Below, in pieces: positions 16,164 through 27,288 of a stretch of 32,000 nucleotides of DNA. Location: contig JBDSDX010000001.1 in NCBI GenBank assembly GCA_039920285.1, forward strand, positions 630,001 through 662,000, read 5' to 3'. The first letter of the stretch is position 1. Each line of letters starts with the position of its first letter. The DNA comes from Candidatus Saccharimonadota bacterium. Its GTDB lineage: Bacteria; Patescibacteriota; Saccharimonadia; Saccharimonadales; Saccharimonadaceae. The position numbers and the translations under genes were made by a program. The notes below the pieces were generated by a model. The model saw only the letters and a list, made by a program, of their open reading frames with translations. It was not told the DNA's origin and did not search any database.

Positions 16164-19100
16164 ATGAATTTTTCAGAGAGGTATACGCAGCTCAATACTG
16201 CCCAAAAAGAGGCCGTTGATCACATCGACGGGCCAGTCATGGTCATTGCCGGACCTGGCACAGGCAAAACCGAACTTCTCAGCGTCCGAACCGCCAATAT
16301 CCTTTCGAAAACGGACACACTCCCAGAGAATATTCTTTGTTTAACTTTCACCGAAAGTGGTGCAGCCGCTATGCGTCAACGTCTTGTCGGTATCATCGGC
16401 AAAGATGCCTATAAAGTAGCGATTCACACTTTTCACAGCTTTGGTACTGAGATCATCAACCAAAATCGTGAATATTTTTACCGCGGGGCAATGTTTGAAC
16501 CAGCCGATGACTTAAGTCGTTACGAAATTTTGCGTGGTATTTTTGACGAGCTCGATTACAAGAACCCACTCGCCAGTATGATGAATGGTGAATACACCCA
16601 TCAAACTGATGCAACAAAAGTTATTTCAGAAATAAAACGGAGCGGATTAACGAGCGATCAACTCCTCGCTATCATCGAAGCTAGTGAGATAGCACTTGAT
16701 AACGCCGAACGGCTGGTTGCCCCGATCCTCAGCGGTACCGTGTCAGCAAAAGTGCGCGACAACCTCACTGAGATCCTTCCAGAGCTCCAGGTTTTCGCTG
16801 CCGAGTCAGAGACACTATTCGACATAACTCCACTCGCACGAGCGATCTATAGCGGTCTTGTAACAGCAATTGAATTATCCCAAACGGAACACCCTACAAA
16901 GCCGATTACTGCGTGGAAAAAGAAATGGCTCGAAAAAAATGCAAGTGGTGATTTTGTCTTTAAATCACGTAAACATTTGATAAAACTGCGTGCAGTGGCG
17001 TTCGTCTACTATGAATATCTAAACCGTATGGAACAAGCGAGCTTATTCGATTACGACGATATGATTCTACAAGTCGTTCATGCCATGGAAGTTAACGATG
17101 ATCTTCGGTTCAATCTCCAAGAGAAATATCTCTATATCATGGTCGACGAATTCCAAGATACCAACCTCGCTCAGTTACGTATTTTACACTCACTAACCGA
17201 TAACCCGGTTAACGAAGGCTTACCTAATATCTTAATTGTCGGTGATGATGACCAAGCAATCTATAGTTTCCAAGGTGCCGACATTAGTAACATCCTTAGT
17301 TTTGAAGAAATCTATCCTGCTGTGTCAAAAGTTGTCTTAAAAGATAACTATCGCTCTGGTGAAGCGGTTATTGCTGAATCCCGTGAAGTGATTATTCAAG
17401 GTAATGATCGTCTCGAGAATAAAGACCCTGACATCGATAAGCAATTGACTGCGCAAAAAAACCTCACCGCGATCGTTGAACTTATTCATGCACCAAGCAT
17501 CGATAGCGAGCGCCATTGGCTCGTCAACTCAGTTGCTGAATCAATAAAAAAGGGGACTGCGCCTGCAGATATTGCAGTCCTGACACGACGTCACCACGAA
17601 ATTAAAAGTTTATTACCGTATTTTGAGGCAGCGGGCATCACCGTCAACTACGAACGTCAAGAAAACGTCCTTGAACAACCACCTATTGTCGCGTTAGAAC
17701 AATTGGCCAATGTTGTGATTGCCCTAGGGAAGGGCGAACACGACACTGCCAACAGTCTACTGCCGCGTCTATTGGCACACTCCGCCTGGGGAATCACCCC
17801 AAAAGAACTCTGGGAACTCAGCACTACTGCCTACCAAAATCGTCAGCACTGGCTTGAGGTTATGACGACAACGCCACGCTTCCTTGCTATTCATAGCTGG
17901 TTAATTGAGTTAGCTGCCTTAGCACCAAACATGGCATTGGAGCCGATGATTGATCGCTTGATCGGTCAGAATGAAGATGGTGTCAGTCAAAGTCCATTCT
18001 TTGAATATTTCTTTGCTTCAGACAAATTAGCCGAAACACCAACGCAGTATTTAGACTGCCTTGCGGCACTTCGAACCATTCGTTCAAAACTTCGTGATTA
18101 CCGACCAAAAGATCCGCCGACCTTGGCGTCCTTTATTGAGTTCATCGGTTTGCATCGTCGACTCGGCAGTAACATTATGGTTAAACATACCTCTCTTGAG
18201 GGTGATGACACAGCCGTTAACCTCATGACTGCTCACAAATCAAAGGGACTCGAATTTGATACTGTCTATATCTTCAACGGTGTTGATAATGTGTGGGGCG
18301 AAAAAGCTATCAGTCGCGGTCGCTCAATCAATTATCCAGAGAACTTGACCTTCGCCGATGCTGGCGGCACCGCTGATGAACGATTGCGTTTATTTTACGT
18401 CGCGATGACTCGTGCCAAAGCACGACTGGTTATGAGTTACAGCGATACTAATGATAGTGATAAATCGACCTTGATCGCGAGTTTCTTGAGTGAAAAAGCT
18501 GGCATCGCAAAAGATATCCCAGCACTCAATGATACCCAACTCACCACCGCCGCAGAACTTGCGTGGTATACACCACTCGTTGAACCGTCAACTGACCTCC
18601 AGAAGATTCTCGCACCAACGCTTCAAAATTATCGACTGAGTACCACTCATCTCAACGCCTTTATCGACCTTCCCCATGGAGGACCGCAACACTTCCTCTT
18701 GAATCACTTACTTCATTTTCCTAGCACAAAATCACCGTCGGCATCATACGGAACAGCGATTCATGACACCCTTCAACATGCCCACGTTCACCTAAGCGCT
18801 ACAGGAGAGCAAAAACCACTCGAAGATATTTTACAAGATTTTGAAGTCAATCTTAAAAAGGCTCGTCTCAGTTCGCTCGATTACAATACCTATCACCAAA
18901 AAGGAAGCGAACAGTTACAAGCATTCTTAGCAGTGAAATACGAAACCTTTAACCGTGAACAGAAGGCGGAACTCGATTTTGGAAATCAAGAAGTAATGCT
19001 TCATGATGCACACCTGACTGGTAAAATCGATGTCGTCGATATCAACGCCAAAGAAAAAACAATGATCGTGACTGATTATAAAACAGGGAAGCCTGCCACA

Positions 19101-19433
19101 AGTTGGAAGGGCAGTGACGATAATGAAAAGATTAAACTACATAAATATCGTCAGCAACTTATGTTTTATCATTTGATGATTAAAGAATCCCGCGATTACC
19201 ACAACTACACTGCTGAAATCGGCCGACTTGAGTTTATTGAGCCGACAAAGACGGGAGAGATTTCAACACTCGAAATGTCATTTGAAAAAGAAGAAATTGA
19301 ACGATTCACATTACTTATCGGCAAGATATGGGAGAAAATCGTAACTCTTGATTTACCTGACACTTCAGGCTTTGAATCAACATATAAAGGCATCCTCGCC
19401 TTCGAAGATGCGTTGCTCGACGGTACTCTCTAA
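16164..19433 (+). CDS. UvrD/PcrA-type SF1 helicase with C-terminal RecB-family PD-(D/E)XK nuclease (AddA-like)
   Basis: 1089 aa. Walker A AGPGTGKT, DEFQDTN, IVGDDDQAIYSFQGA, TAHKSKGLEFD, YVAMTRAK. The C-terminus has GKIDVVD ... VTDYKTGKP ... YRQQLMFY, which matches the nuclease D...(D/E)xK plus QxxxY motifs. Confidence 0.85.
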   Translation: MNFSERYTQLNTAQKEAVDHIDGPVMVIAGPGTGKTELLSVRTANILSKTDTLPENILCLTFTESGAAAMRQRLVGIIGKDAYKVAIHTFHSFGTEIINQNREYFYRGAMFEPADDLSRYEILRGIFDELDYKNPLASMMNGEYTHQTDATKVISEIKRSGLTSDQLLAIIEASEIALDNAERLVAPILSGTVSAKVRDNLTEILPELQVFAAESETLFDITPLARAIYSGLVTAIELSQTEHPTKPITAWKKKWLEKNASGDFVFKSRKHLIKLRAVAFVYYEYLNRMEQASLFDYDDMILQVVHAMEVNDDLRFNLQEKYLYIMVDEFQDTNLAQLRILHSLTDNPVNEGLPNILIVGDDDQAIYSFQGADISNILSFEEIYPAVSKVVLKDNYRSGEAVIAESREVIIQGNDRLENKDPDIDKQLTAQKNLTAIVELIHAPSIDSERHWLVNSVAESIKKGTAPADIAVLTRRHHEIKSLLPYFEAAGITVNYERQENVLEQPPIVALEQLANVVIALGKGEHDTANSLLPRLLAHSAWGITPKELWELSTTAYQNRQHWLEVMTTTPRFLAIHSWLIELAALAPNMALEPMIDRLIGQNEDGVSQSPFFEYFFASDKLAETPTQYLDCLAALRTIRSKLRDYRPKDPPTLASFIEFIGLHRRLGSNIMVKHTSLEGDDTAVNLMTAHKSKGLEFDTVYIFNGVDNVWGEKAISRGRSINYPENLTFADAGGTADERLRLFYVAMTRAKARLVMSYSDTNDSDKSTLIASFLSEKAGIAKDIPALNDTQLTTAAELAWYTPLVEPSTDLQKILAPTLQNYRLSTTHLNAFIDLPHGGPQHFLLNHLLHFPSTKSPSASYGTAIHDTLQHAHVHLSATGEQKPLEDILQDFEVNLKKARLSSLDYNTYHQKGSEQLQAFLAVKYETFNREQKAELDFGNQEVMLHDAHLTGKIDVVDINAKEKTMIVTDYKTGKPATSWKGSDDNEKIKLHKYRQQLMFYHLMIKESRDYHNYTAEIGRLEFIEPTKTGEISTLEMSFEKEEIERFTLLIGKIWEKIVTLDLPDTSGFESTYKGILAFEDALLDGTL

Positions 19434-19436
19434 GCA

Positions 19437-19465
19437 TTGACTTACCACTGTAAAAATGCTATATT
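19437..19465 (+). promoter_or_regulatory. Near-consensus sigma-70 promoter
   Basis: TTGACT, 17-nt spacer, TGC-TATATT (extended -10). It begins 4 nt after the helicase stop. Confidence 0.55.
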
Positions 19466-19695
19466 AGGAGACGTATTGATCGAGGAAGTGAGACGTTGGT
19501 AGCACGCTATGTGATACCCATATCCCACTTCCTCTCAAGTACATTGAGATAGTGAACTGCTCTTGAGTCTATACTCAAGAATAGAAGTCTCGTCATCGTG
19601 TGGTTTTTCTCCTCAGGACTCCTACACGGTGGCGGGACGCCAACTCGCACCATTTGCGATCCATGCACCATCAACACCTCGGAAGGGGGTGAAAC

Positions 19696-19851
19696 ATGGC
19701 AAACGCCGCACAGGTCACGGCCGCAACCGCAAGAGTTGCCGCCGGTACCGCCAACCGCGACGAGGCAGCTCTCGTCGCACGCGCCGCAAAGGTCGCCAGC
19801 CCAGCTGGTCGAGCAGCGACGGCAGCACAGGCTACTTCCGGCAAGAAGTAA
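19696..19851 (+). CDS. 51-aa alanine-rich small protein (MANAAQVTAATARVAAGTANRDEAALVARAAKVASPAGRAATAAQATSGKK)
   Basis: Strong SD GGAAGGGGGTG with spacer AAAC before the ATG. The codons are G-rich in first position (GCN/GNN), which looks like real coding. It is followed by a 15-bp hairpin. It is below the ORF-track size cut-off. Confidence 0.4.
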   Translation: MANAAQVTAATARVAAGTANRDEAALVARAAKVASPAGRAATAAQATSGKK

Positions 19852-19866
19852 GCCAGTCACCACACC

Positions 19867-19900
19867 GGGAGGTGGCCGAGCATCTGCTCAGCCACCTCCC
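19867..19900 (+). terminator. Strong stem-loop after the small ORF
   Basis: GGGAGGTGGC-c-GAGCA-tc-TGCTC-a-GCCACCTCCC, 15 paired bases. No T-run follows. Confidence 0.4.
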
Positions 19901-19986
19901 AATGCGCGGTTCACTATCTCCGCTCAATCTATTCATAAACTATTGTGAGTAGATTGAGCGTTTCACTTTATGAGACAATATATACA

Positions 19987-20931
19987 ATGAATAATTTTTG
20001 GCAGAACCTCCCAAAACCATTCTTCATCTTGGCTCCCATGGAAGCCGTGACAGATGTCGTGTTTCGTCATGTCGTCAAAACAGCTGGCGAACCAGATGTC
20101 TATATGACAGAGTTCACCAATGCCGCCAGCTACTTTAGCGAGAAGGGTCGAGATAGCACCAAAGGTCGCCTTGCTTTCACCGAAGACGAGCAACCAATCG
20201 TCGCTCAAATATGGGGATCGAACCCTGAGCACTTCAGCTTTATGGCGAAGGGTCTGAAAGACCAGGGATTTGCTGGTATCGATATCAACATGGGGTGTCC
20301 GGCCAAAGATGTCGTTAAAACAGGTGGGGGTAGTGGACTCATTCGCGATCCAGAACGAGCGACGGCGCTTATTGCTGCGGTGAAGGAGTCTGGGTTACCC
20401 GTCAGTGTAAAAACTCGTCTCGGCGACGTCAAAACTGAGGAATTTATCCCTTGGCTGACTCACATTTTTAAACAAGACGTTATTAACCTTACCATCCACC
20501 TACGTACGCGTAAGGAAATGAGCAAAGTTCCGGCACACTACGAATTAATCTCTGAGATTAAAAAACTGCGCGACGAAATCGCACCGCAAACACTTCTTAC
20601 GATTAACGGTGATGTCCGTGATCGCGCGCATGGCCTTGAACTCGTCGAAACGTATGGTGTTGATGGCGTTATGATTGGTCGTGGAGTCTTCACAAACCCG
20701 TATGCGTTTTCAAAAGATATTCGCGAGCACAGTCGAGAAGAACTTCTTGGTTTACTGGGACAGCAACTTGATTTATTTGATAAGTACTCAGAAGAATTAG
20801 AGCCACGGAAGTTCGATCCCCTGAAACGATTTTTTAAGATTTACGTTCGTGATTTCGATGGCGCCGCTGAACTTCGGGATGCCTTAATGCATACAAAAAG
20901 CACCGATGAGGTGCGTGCGTTACTGAAATAG
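19987..20931 (+). CDS. dus: tRNA-dihydrouridine synthase
   Basis: [17 protein letters not shown] and [23 protein letters not shown] are Dus family signatures. I prefer ATG 19987 (MNNFWQNL..., 314 aa) to the track start at 19945. Confidence 0.88.
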   Translation: MNNFWQNLPKPFFILAPMEAVTDVVFRHVVKTAGEPDVYMTEFTNAASYFSEKGRDSTKGRLAFTEDEQPIVAQIWGSNPEHFSFMAKGLKDQGFAGIDINMGCPAKDVVKTGGGSGLIRDPERATALIAAVKESGLPVSVKTRLGDVKTEEFIPWLTHIFKQDVINLTIHLRTRKEMSKVPAHYELISEIKKLRDEIAPQTLLTINGDVRDRAHGLELVETYGVDGVMIGRGVFTNPYAFSKDIREHSREELLGLLGQQLDLFDKYSEELEPRKFDPLKRFFKIYVRDFDGAAELRDALMHTKSTDEVRALLK

Positions 20932-20960
20932 TCGCAAAGACCCTTAGAAGATGACACCCG

Positions 20961-21003
20961 ACAAGCGGGGCAATAAGGCATCACGCCTTGTTGCCCCGCT
21001 TGT
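20961..21003. terminator. 13-bp perfect hairpin between convergent dus and plsC-like genes
   Basis: ACAAGCGGGGCAA (20961-20973) pairs with TTGCCCCGCTTGT (20991-21003). The right arm lies inside the last codons of the acyltransferase gene. Confidence 0.4.
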
Positions 21004-21634
21004 CTTCGATGTACTTCGTCCCCGAAACTTTCGCCATGCGTCGCATGAGTCCAGCCGTCAGAAGACGAAGCACGAGACCGTCCGACGCTTCATTAGCCAG
21101 CTTACGCAGGATGAGTCGACGTTCGATCTGCGGGTCGTACGGCTTGCAGATGATCATTTCCCGCGGACCGTTCCCCCTCATGCCCTTCAGGGCGATGATG
21201 ACGATCGGTACACCAGCTTTGAGCGCGAAGCGAATCGCACCCGTCTTGCCAACGTGGGTGAAATCGTCGTGACGACGAGTCGCCTCAGGGAAGATCAGGA
21301 GCGTTTTGCCGTGGTTGAGCGCATCAATTGCCGGAGCAACTGCTTCAATACCACGCCCATTTCCTCGCGGAACCGGGATACACCCGCCTTCACGGAGTAC
21401 CCAGCCAACAACGGGGATCTTGAAGAGCTCCGCCTTGACCATGATAGTGAACTCTCGATACTGCAGGTAGCCCGGAATGATGATCGTCTCCTTACCAGAC
21501 TTGTGCGGCCCCGCGACCACCACACAAGGGCCAGCAGGTAGGTTCTCTGCGCCGGTAATCTTCGTTGGATACACCTCGCGGGCGAACTTGCCGATGATAA
21601 ACCGTCGCAGGAACCAATTTAAGTTCCGCCTCAT
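20981..21634 (-). CDS. plsC: Lysophospholipid (1-acyl-glycerol-3-phosphate) acyltransferase family
   Basis: 217 aa. HKSGKE (H-x4-acidic motif I), FPEATR (motif III), GVPIVIIAL (motif IV). SD GAGAGGGGTG with spacer AAAC before the ATG. Confidence 0.72.
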   Translation of the reverse strand: MRRNLNWFLRRFIIGKFAREVYPTKITGAENLPAGPCVVVAGPHKSGKETIIIPGYLQYREFTIMVKAELFKIPVVGWVLREGGCIPVPRGNGRGIEAVAPAIDALNHGKTLLIFPEATRRHDDFTHVGKTGAIRFALKAGVPIVIIALKGMRGNGPREMIICKPYDPQIERRLILRKLANEASDGLVLRLLTAGLMRRMAKVSGTKYIEDKRGNKA

Positions 21635-21743
21635 GTTTCACCCCTCTCAAGGGTCTTTGCTTGTTAAGGGCACGCGGGAAGTCCCCGTCGTGCACATATA
21701 GAGATACTACCCCTTATCTAACGGGGGTGCAATCATAAGCCTC

Positions 21744-22712
21744 TTAGAGAAGTTCGTCGGGTCGCTCGCCGTCACTATGATCGACGAGACCTGCAGCGAT
21801 GCGACTGTGTATTTTTGCGTAATTAATGGCGACGGCGTCAGTGAGACTCGCACCGGCAACAACGCGCAACATGAAGGCGGTTCGAAGAAAAATATATGTC
21901 GCATTCAGACCAATATCTTCACGAAAACGATTATACGAACTCGAGCCTTGATAACCGCTATCTTCACTTGGGAGTTGTTGTTGCATAAGACTCCGAACGG
22001 AGTAGGGAATCGCTGTATCAATCTGCCACCGATAATACGCCTCGACTGGATCGCCATCAAACTCATCACCTTCCTCAAGGTTCATAACGAGTGATGGTTG
22101 CGGTTCGTATCCGGCTAAGATAAGGTTATCGACGTCAGCTAATGATATTGGTGAGAGAGTTCTGTGCGCTGTTTCCATAGCTGTTGTTCGCCATTTGGGA
22201 TAAGTTGGCTGCCCTTGATTATTAAAAATAAGTATACCCATTGATGCCTGCATAAGATGTGATTGGAGCGCAGTTTCAGCAGAAACACCCGAATTGCTCA
22301 TACCTGCGGCAAGACACCACAACACATCACCCGCTTCAGATAAAAGAGCGACACGTTTTTGCTCTGTTGGTTCTTCAAGATAGGCGAGCATTGCTGCATC
22401 TGTTTCAGCGTATTCTTCAATAAGCTTCTCTCCGAAACGTTCAGCCGATTCACTCGTCCCATGCTCTGTTTTCCAGGCGTGTTGTGTCCAGAGTTGCCAG
22501 TCTTCAAGAGTAAGTCGAGCCGGGTCGGTTTCAATTACTTCAGAGAACGCTAGGAGTTCTTCGTCTGTTAAGATGCGTCGAGAGTAGAGGCCTGATTCCA
22601 TTGCCACAGAATCATTCTCACCTGAGCCAAATAAATAATGACTTGGCCCTTTAGGGTTAATCATAGTTTTAGGTGTGCCACCGTCACCGCGATTGATAAA
22701 CAAATCACGCAT
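21744..22712 (-). CDS. Hypothetical protein, possibly MazG-like all-alpha NTP pyrophosphohydrolase fold
   Basis: 322 aa. KLIEEYAETD...LLSEAGDVLWCLAA resembles the MazG EExxE ... E.GD..W/Y.L pattern. The C-terminal INYAKIHSRIAAG resembles the distal MazG helix. The function call is weak. Confidence 0.5.
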   Translation of the reverse strand: MRDLFINRGDGGTPKTMINPKGPSHYLFGSGENDSVAMESGLYSRRILTDEELLAFSEVIETDPARLTLEDWQLWTQHAWKTEHGTSESAERFGEKLIEEYAETDAAMLAYLEEPTEQKRVALLSEAGDVLWCLAAGMSNSGVSAETALQSHLMQASMGILIFNNQGQPTYPKWRTTAMETAHRTLSPISLADVDNLILAGYEPQPSLVMNLEEGDEFDGDPVEAYYRWQIDTAIPYSVRSLMQQQLPSEDSGYQGSSSYNRFREDIGLNATYIFLRTAFMLRVVAGASLTDAVAINYAKIHSRIAAGLVDHSDGERPDELL

Positions 22713-22722
22713 GTATATAGTT

Positions 22723-22731
22723 ATTATAGCA
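22723..22731 (-). promoter_or_regulatory. Extended -10 TGCTATAAT, 10 nt from ATG 22712
   Basis: The reverse strand reads TGCTATAAT-aactatatac-ATG. No SD in between. Confidence 0.4.
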
Positions 22732-22763
22732 CAAATGTATAAAAAAGTCTATTAGTGGGGCGT

Positions 22764-23189
22764 CTAGCCGCGGCGTCGACGGCGGTGCAAGTCAGCAACC
22801 TGGAGTCGTACCATGTGACGGTCGACCATCTCGCGTGCCTTATCAAGCTCGACTTGGTCTTTCGCTTCATCACGAAGCTTCAGCGCACGTTCCAGTGCAG
22901 CTTGTGACTCAGCTTCAAGAATATCTTCACCATGATCGGCTTCATCAACCAAGACGCGGATAGCTTCAGGGCTAATTTCAATAATTCCACCACTAATCGC
23001 AAAATACTCAAGATCTGAATCTTCATCTTTCTTGTCGTGACGAACTGCTAATGCACCCGGCACCACAAGGCTGACGAGTGGTTCGTGACCAGGAAACACT
23101 GCAATTTCACCGGCCGATGTCGGCGCGATGAGTTCGTAGATGTCTTGGTCGACGCGGACGCCGCTAAGGGTGATGAGTTGCAAATGCAT
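22764..23189 (-). CDS. atpC: F1 ATP synthase epsilon subunit
   Basis: 141 aa. Supported by its operon position after atpD and by the N-terminal beta-sandwich pattern (LITLSGVRVDQDIYELIAPTSAGEIAVFPGHEPL). Unusual C-terminal HRRRRRG. Confidence 0.85.
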   Translation of the reverse strand: MHLQLITLSGVRVDQDIYELIAPTSAGEIAVFPGHEPLVSLVVPGALAVRHDKKDEDSDLEYFAISGGIIEISPEAIRVLVDEADHGEDILEAESQAALERALKLRDEAKDQVELDKAREMVDRHMVRLQVADLHRRRRRG

Positions 23190-23194
23190 CGTAA

Positions 23195-24879
<1,685 letters not shown>

Positions 24880-24887
<8 letters not shown>

Positions 24888-25749
24888 GAAGGGCCTCAAC
24901 ACCACCACTGATTTCTGCTAGTTCCTGAGTGATCGCACTCTGACGAGCCTTGTTCATCTCAAGAGTCAAATCATCAACCAAGTCAGAAGCATTATCGGTA
25001 GCATTTTTCATAGCTAGCATACGCATACTATGCTCACTGGCGCGCGAATCAAGCAATGACTGATATATCTGTGCACCAACGAGACGATAGGCGACACCAT
25101 CAAGCACCTCTTCGGTACTCGGTTCATAGGTGACATCGCTCGCAACTCCTGGTTCATTGGTTGGCTCAAAGCCAGCTGGTAGCACACGAATAACTTTTGC
25201 TTCCTGAACAAGACTGCTGATAAAGTCGGTATAAATGACGTCTACTGCGTCAACTTGACCACTGGTAAAGAGGGTACGGGCACTATCGAGGATTGCGCGA
25301 AGCTCGCTACCATCTGGCTTGTCGGGTAATTCTTCGTATGCACCCAGCACCTGTGTGTCTTTGATGCGAGCAGCGAACTGAGCAGCCTTACGGCCAACGG
25401 TAATCGTGGTGTTTTTAATGCCGGCTTTATCATCGCTGACAAGTTCATTAGTATACACACGAACGATATTACTGTTATACGCACCGGCCAGACCTTTGTC
25501 TGAAGCGATTACAATCAACAATCGAGTTTTTACTGGGCGGTTTACAAATAACGCGTGGTTACGAACTGACGTGTGGGTCGAAAGAGCAGTTAAAAGTTGA
25601 CGCGCAGCTAAAGTATACGGCGCTGATGCCTTCGTTGCATCTTGCGCACGACGCATCTTACTGGCAGCAACAAGTTGCATCGCCTTGGTAATCTGGCGAG
25701 TGCTTTTGACGCTCCTAATGCGTGACTTTAATATCTGCGTTGAAGCCAT
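24880..25749 (-). CDS. atpG: F1 ATP synthase gamma subunit
   Basis: 289 aa. N-terminal ILKSRIRSVKSTRQITKAMQLVAASKMRRAQ and C-terminal ARQSAITQELAEISGG are gamma signatures. Confidence 0.93.
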
Positions 25750-25751
25750 TA

Positions 25752-27278
25752 CTAGTCTTCAAATCCTTTCGCACTGGTGCGGGCAACTTTTTCGACAAGT
25801 TTATTCAACTCATCAGTTGGTTTTCCACCCTTATCAAGTTCGCTCATCTCTTTTTTGTGTTCAGCCCATAATCGTGTCAAAAGTGCCGCTTGAGCATCTT
25901 TGACTTTAATCGAAGGCACTTCATCAAAGTAGCCGTTGATAACTGCTGAGATACTCACTACTTGTTGCCAGACACTCATTGGTTGGTACTGAGGTTGTTT
26001 CAAAAGCTCAGTCAAACGTTGACCACGATCAATTTGCTGTTTCGTTGCGACATCAAGGTCACTACCGAACTGCGCAAAGCTGGCAAGTTCCCGGAATTGT
26101 GACAACCCAAGTTTCAAACCACCACTGACAGATTTCACACCAGAAGTTTGTGCTGCACCACCGACACGAGAGACAGACAAACCAGCAGAGATTGCCGGAC
26201 GAATACCTTGGTAAAAGAGATCTGTTTCAAGGAAGATCTGACCATCGGTAATCGAAATCACGTTGGTTGGAATGTAGGCACTAATGTCGCCAGCTTGTGT
26301 TTCGATAATCGGGAGAGCTGTCAAAGACCCTGCACCAAGTGCATCAGATAGTTTCGCTGAACGTTCAAGCAAACGAGAGTGAAGGTAAAACACATCACCA
26401 GGATACGCCTCGCGTCCCGGTGGGCGACGAAGAAGGAGTGACATTTGACGGTAAGCAACGGCATGTTTTGTGAGGTCGTCGTAGATCATCAGCGCATGTT
26501 GGCTGTTGTCTCGAAAATATTCACCCATCGCAGTCCCGGAGTAGGGAGCCAAGTAAAGGAGCGATGCCGGATCCGAAGGACTCGTCGCGACAACGATAGT
26601 TTGCTCCATAACACCTTCTTTTTTCAATCGTTCAACAAGGCGAGCAATCTTAGACAACTTTTGACCAATAGCAACGTACACATTCACCACGCCAGTTTTT
26701 TGTTTGGCTTGGTTGATCATAGTGTCGATCGTCAGAGCCGTTTTACCAGTCTGGCGGTCACCAATAATCAGCTCACGTTGACCACGACCGATAGGGAACA
26801 TTGAATCAATCGCCATAACACCAGTCATCAATGGTTCGTGGACCGATTTACGACCCATCACACCGATCGCTTCGCGTTCGACAATACCCATTTGTTTGGC
26901 TTTAATCGCTGGACCACCATCGAGTGGGCGACCGAGTGGATCAACCACACGACCAAGGAGTTCTGGGCCAACAGGAACTTCAAGAACCGTTCCTTTAAGA
27001 CGAACAGTTTGACCAGCTTTAACCTTTGAGTCTTCGTCAAGAAGAACAGCGCCGATTTCATCTTCGAGCAAGTTCAAAGCAAATGCTTCAACAATGCCTT
27101 CTTCAGTTTCAATCAGTAAGACTTCGCTATACCCAGCGTTTCGTAGACCATGTACCCAGACAACGCCGTCACCGACGCGCATCACGACACCAACTTCGTC
27201 GAGGTCTTTGTCGGTCTCAAGATTCTCGATCGCTTTTCGTAGATCTTTTGATAGTTCAGTAATAGATAAATCGCTCAT
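25752..27278 (-). CDS. atpA: F1 ATP synthase alpha subunit
   Basis: 508 aa. Walker A GDRQTGKT and a conserved alpha-subunit sequence. Confidence 0.95.
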   Translation of the reverse strand: MSDLSITELSKDLRKAIENLETDKDLDEVGVVMRVGDGVVWVHGLRNAGYSEVLLIETEEGIVEAFALNLLEDEIGAVLLDEDSKVKAGQTVRLKGTVLEVPVGPELLGRVVDPLGRPLDGGPAIKAKQMGIVEREAIGVMGRKSVHEPLMTGVMAIDSMFPIGRGQRELIIGDRQTGKTALTIDTMINQAKQKTGVVNVYVAIGQKLSKIARLVERLKKEGVMEQTIVVATSPSDPASLLYLAPYSGTAMGEYFRDNSQHALMIYDDLTKHAVAYRQMSLLLRRPPGREAYPGDVFYLHSRLLERSAKLSDALGAGSLTALPIIETQAGDISAYIPTNVISITDGQIFLETDLFYQGIRPAISAGLSVSRVGGAAQTSGVKSVSGGLKLGLSQFRELASFAQFGSDLDVATKQQIDRGQRLTELLKQPQYQPMSVWQQVVSISAVINGYFDEVPSIKVKDAQAALLTRLWAEHKKEMSELDKGGKPTDELNKLVEKVARTSAKGFED

Positions 27279-27288
27279 AATATTCCTC

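Noticed and set aside
19466-19700. Possibility that the structured leader is a known housekeeping RNA (RNase P RNA, tmRNA, SRP RNA).
   Set aside because: I found none of the hallmark strings: GAGGAAAGTCCGG or ACAGAA..GGCTTA for RNase P, a GGTTCGAATCC..CCA tRNA-like end plus ..ALAA tag for tmRNA, or GGAAGCAGCCA for SRP. An Infernal scan is still needed.
19507-19952. Three long overlapping ORFs (129 and 116 aa on +, 118 aa on -) across the 70% GC segment.
   Set aside because: All frames are open simply because stop codons are rare in high-GC DNA. The products are Arg/Pro/Cys-rich and implausible, with no SD. Only the 51-codon frame has a strong SD and G-rich first codon positions.
20951-21701. 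+ strand ORFs of 196, 94 and 74 aa and off-frame - strand ORFs overlapping the plsC-like gene.
   Set aside because: They are antisense or off-frame shadows in a GC-rich gene. The 217-aa minus-strand product carries the acyltransferase motifs.
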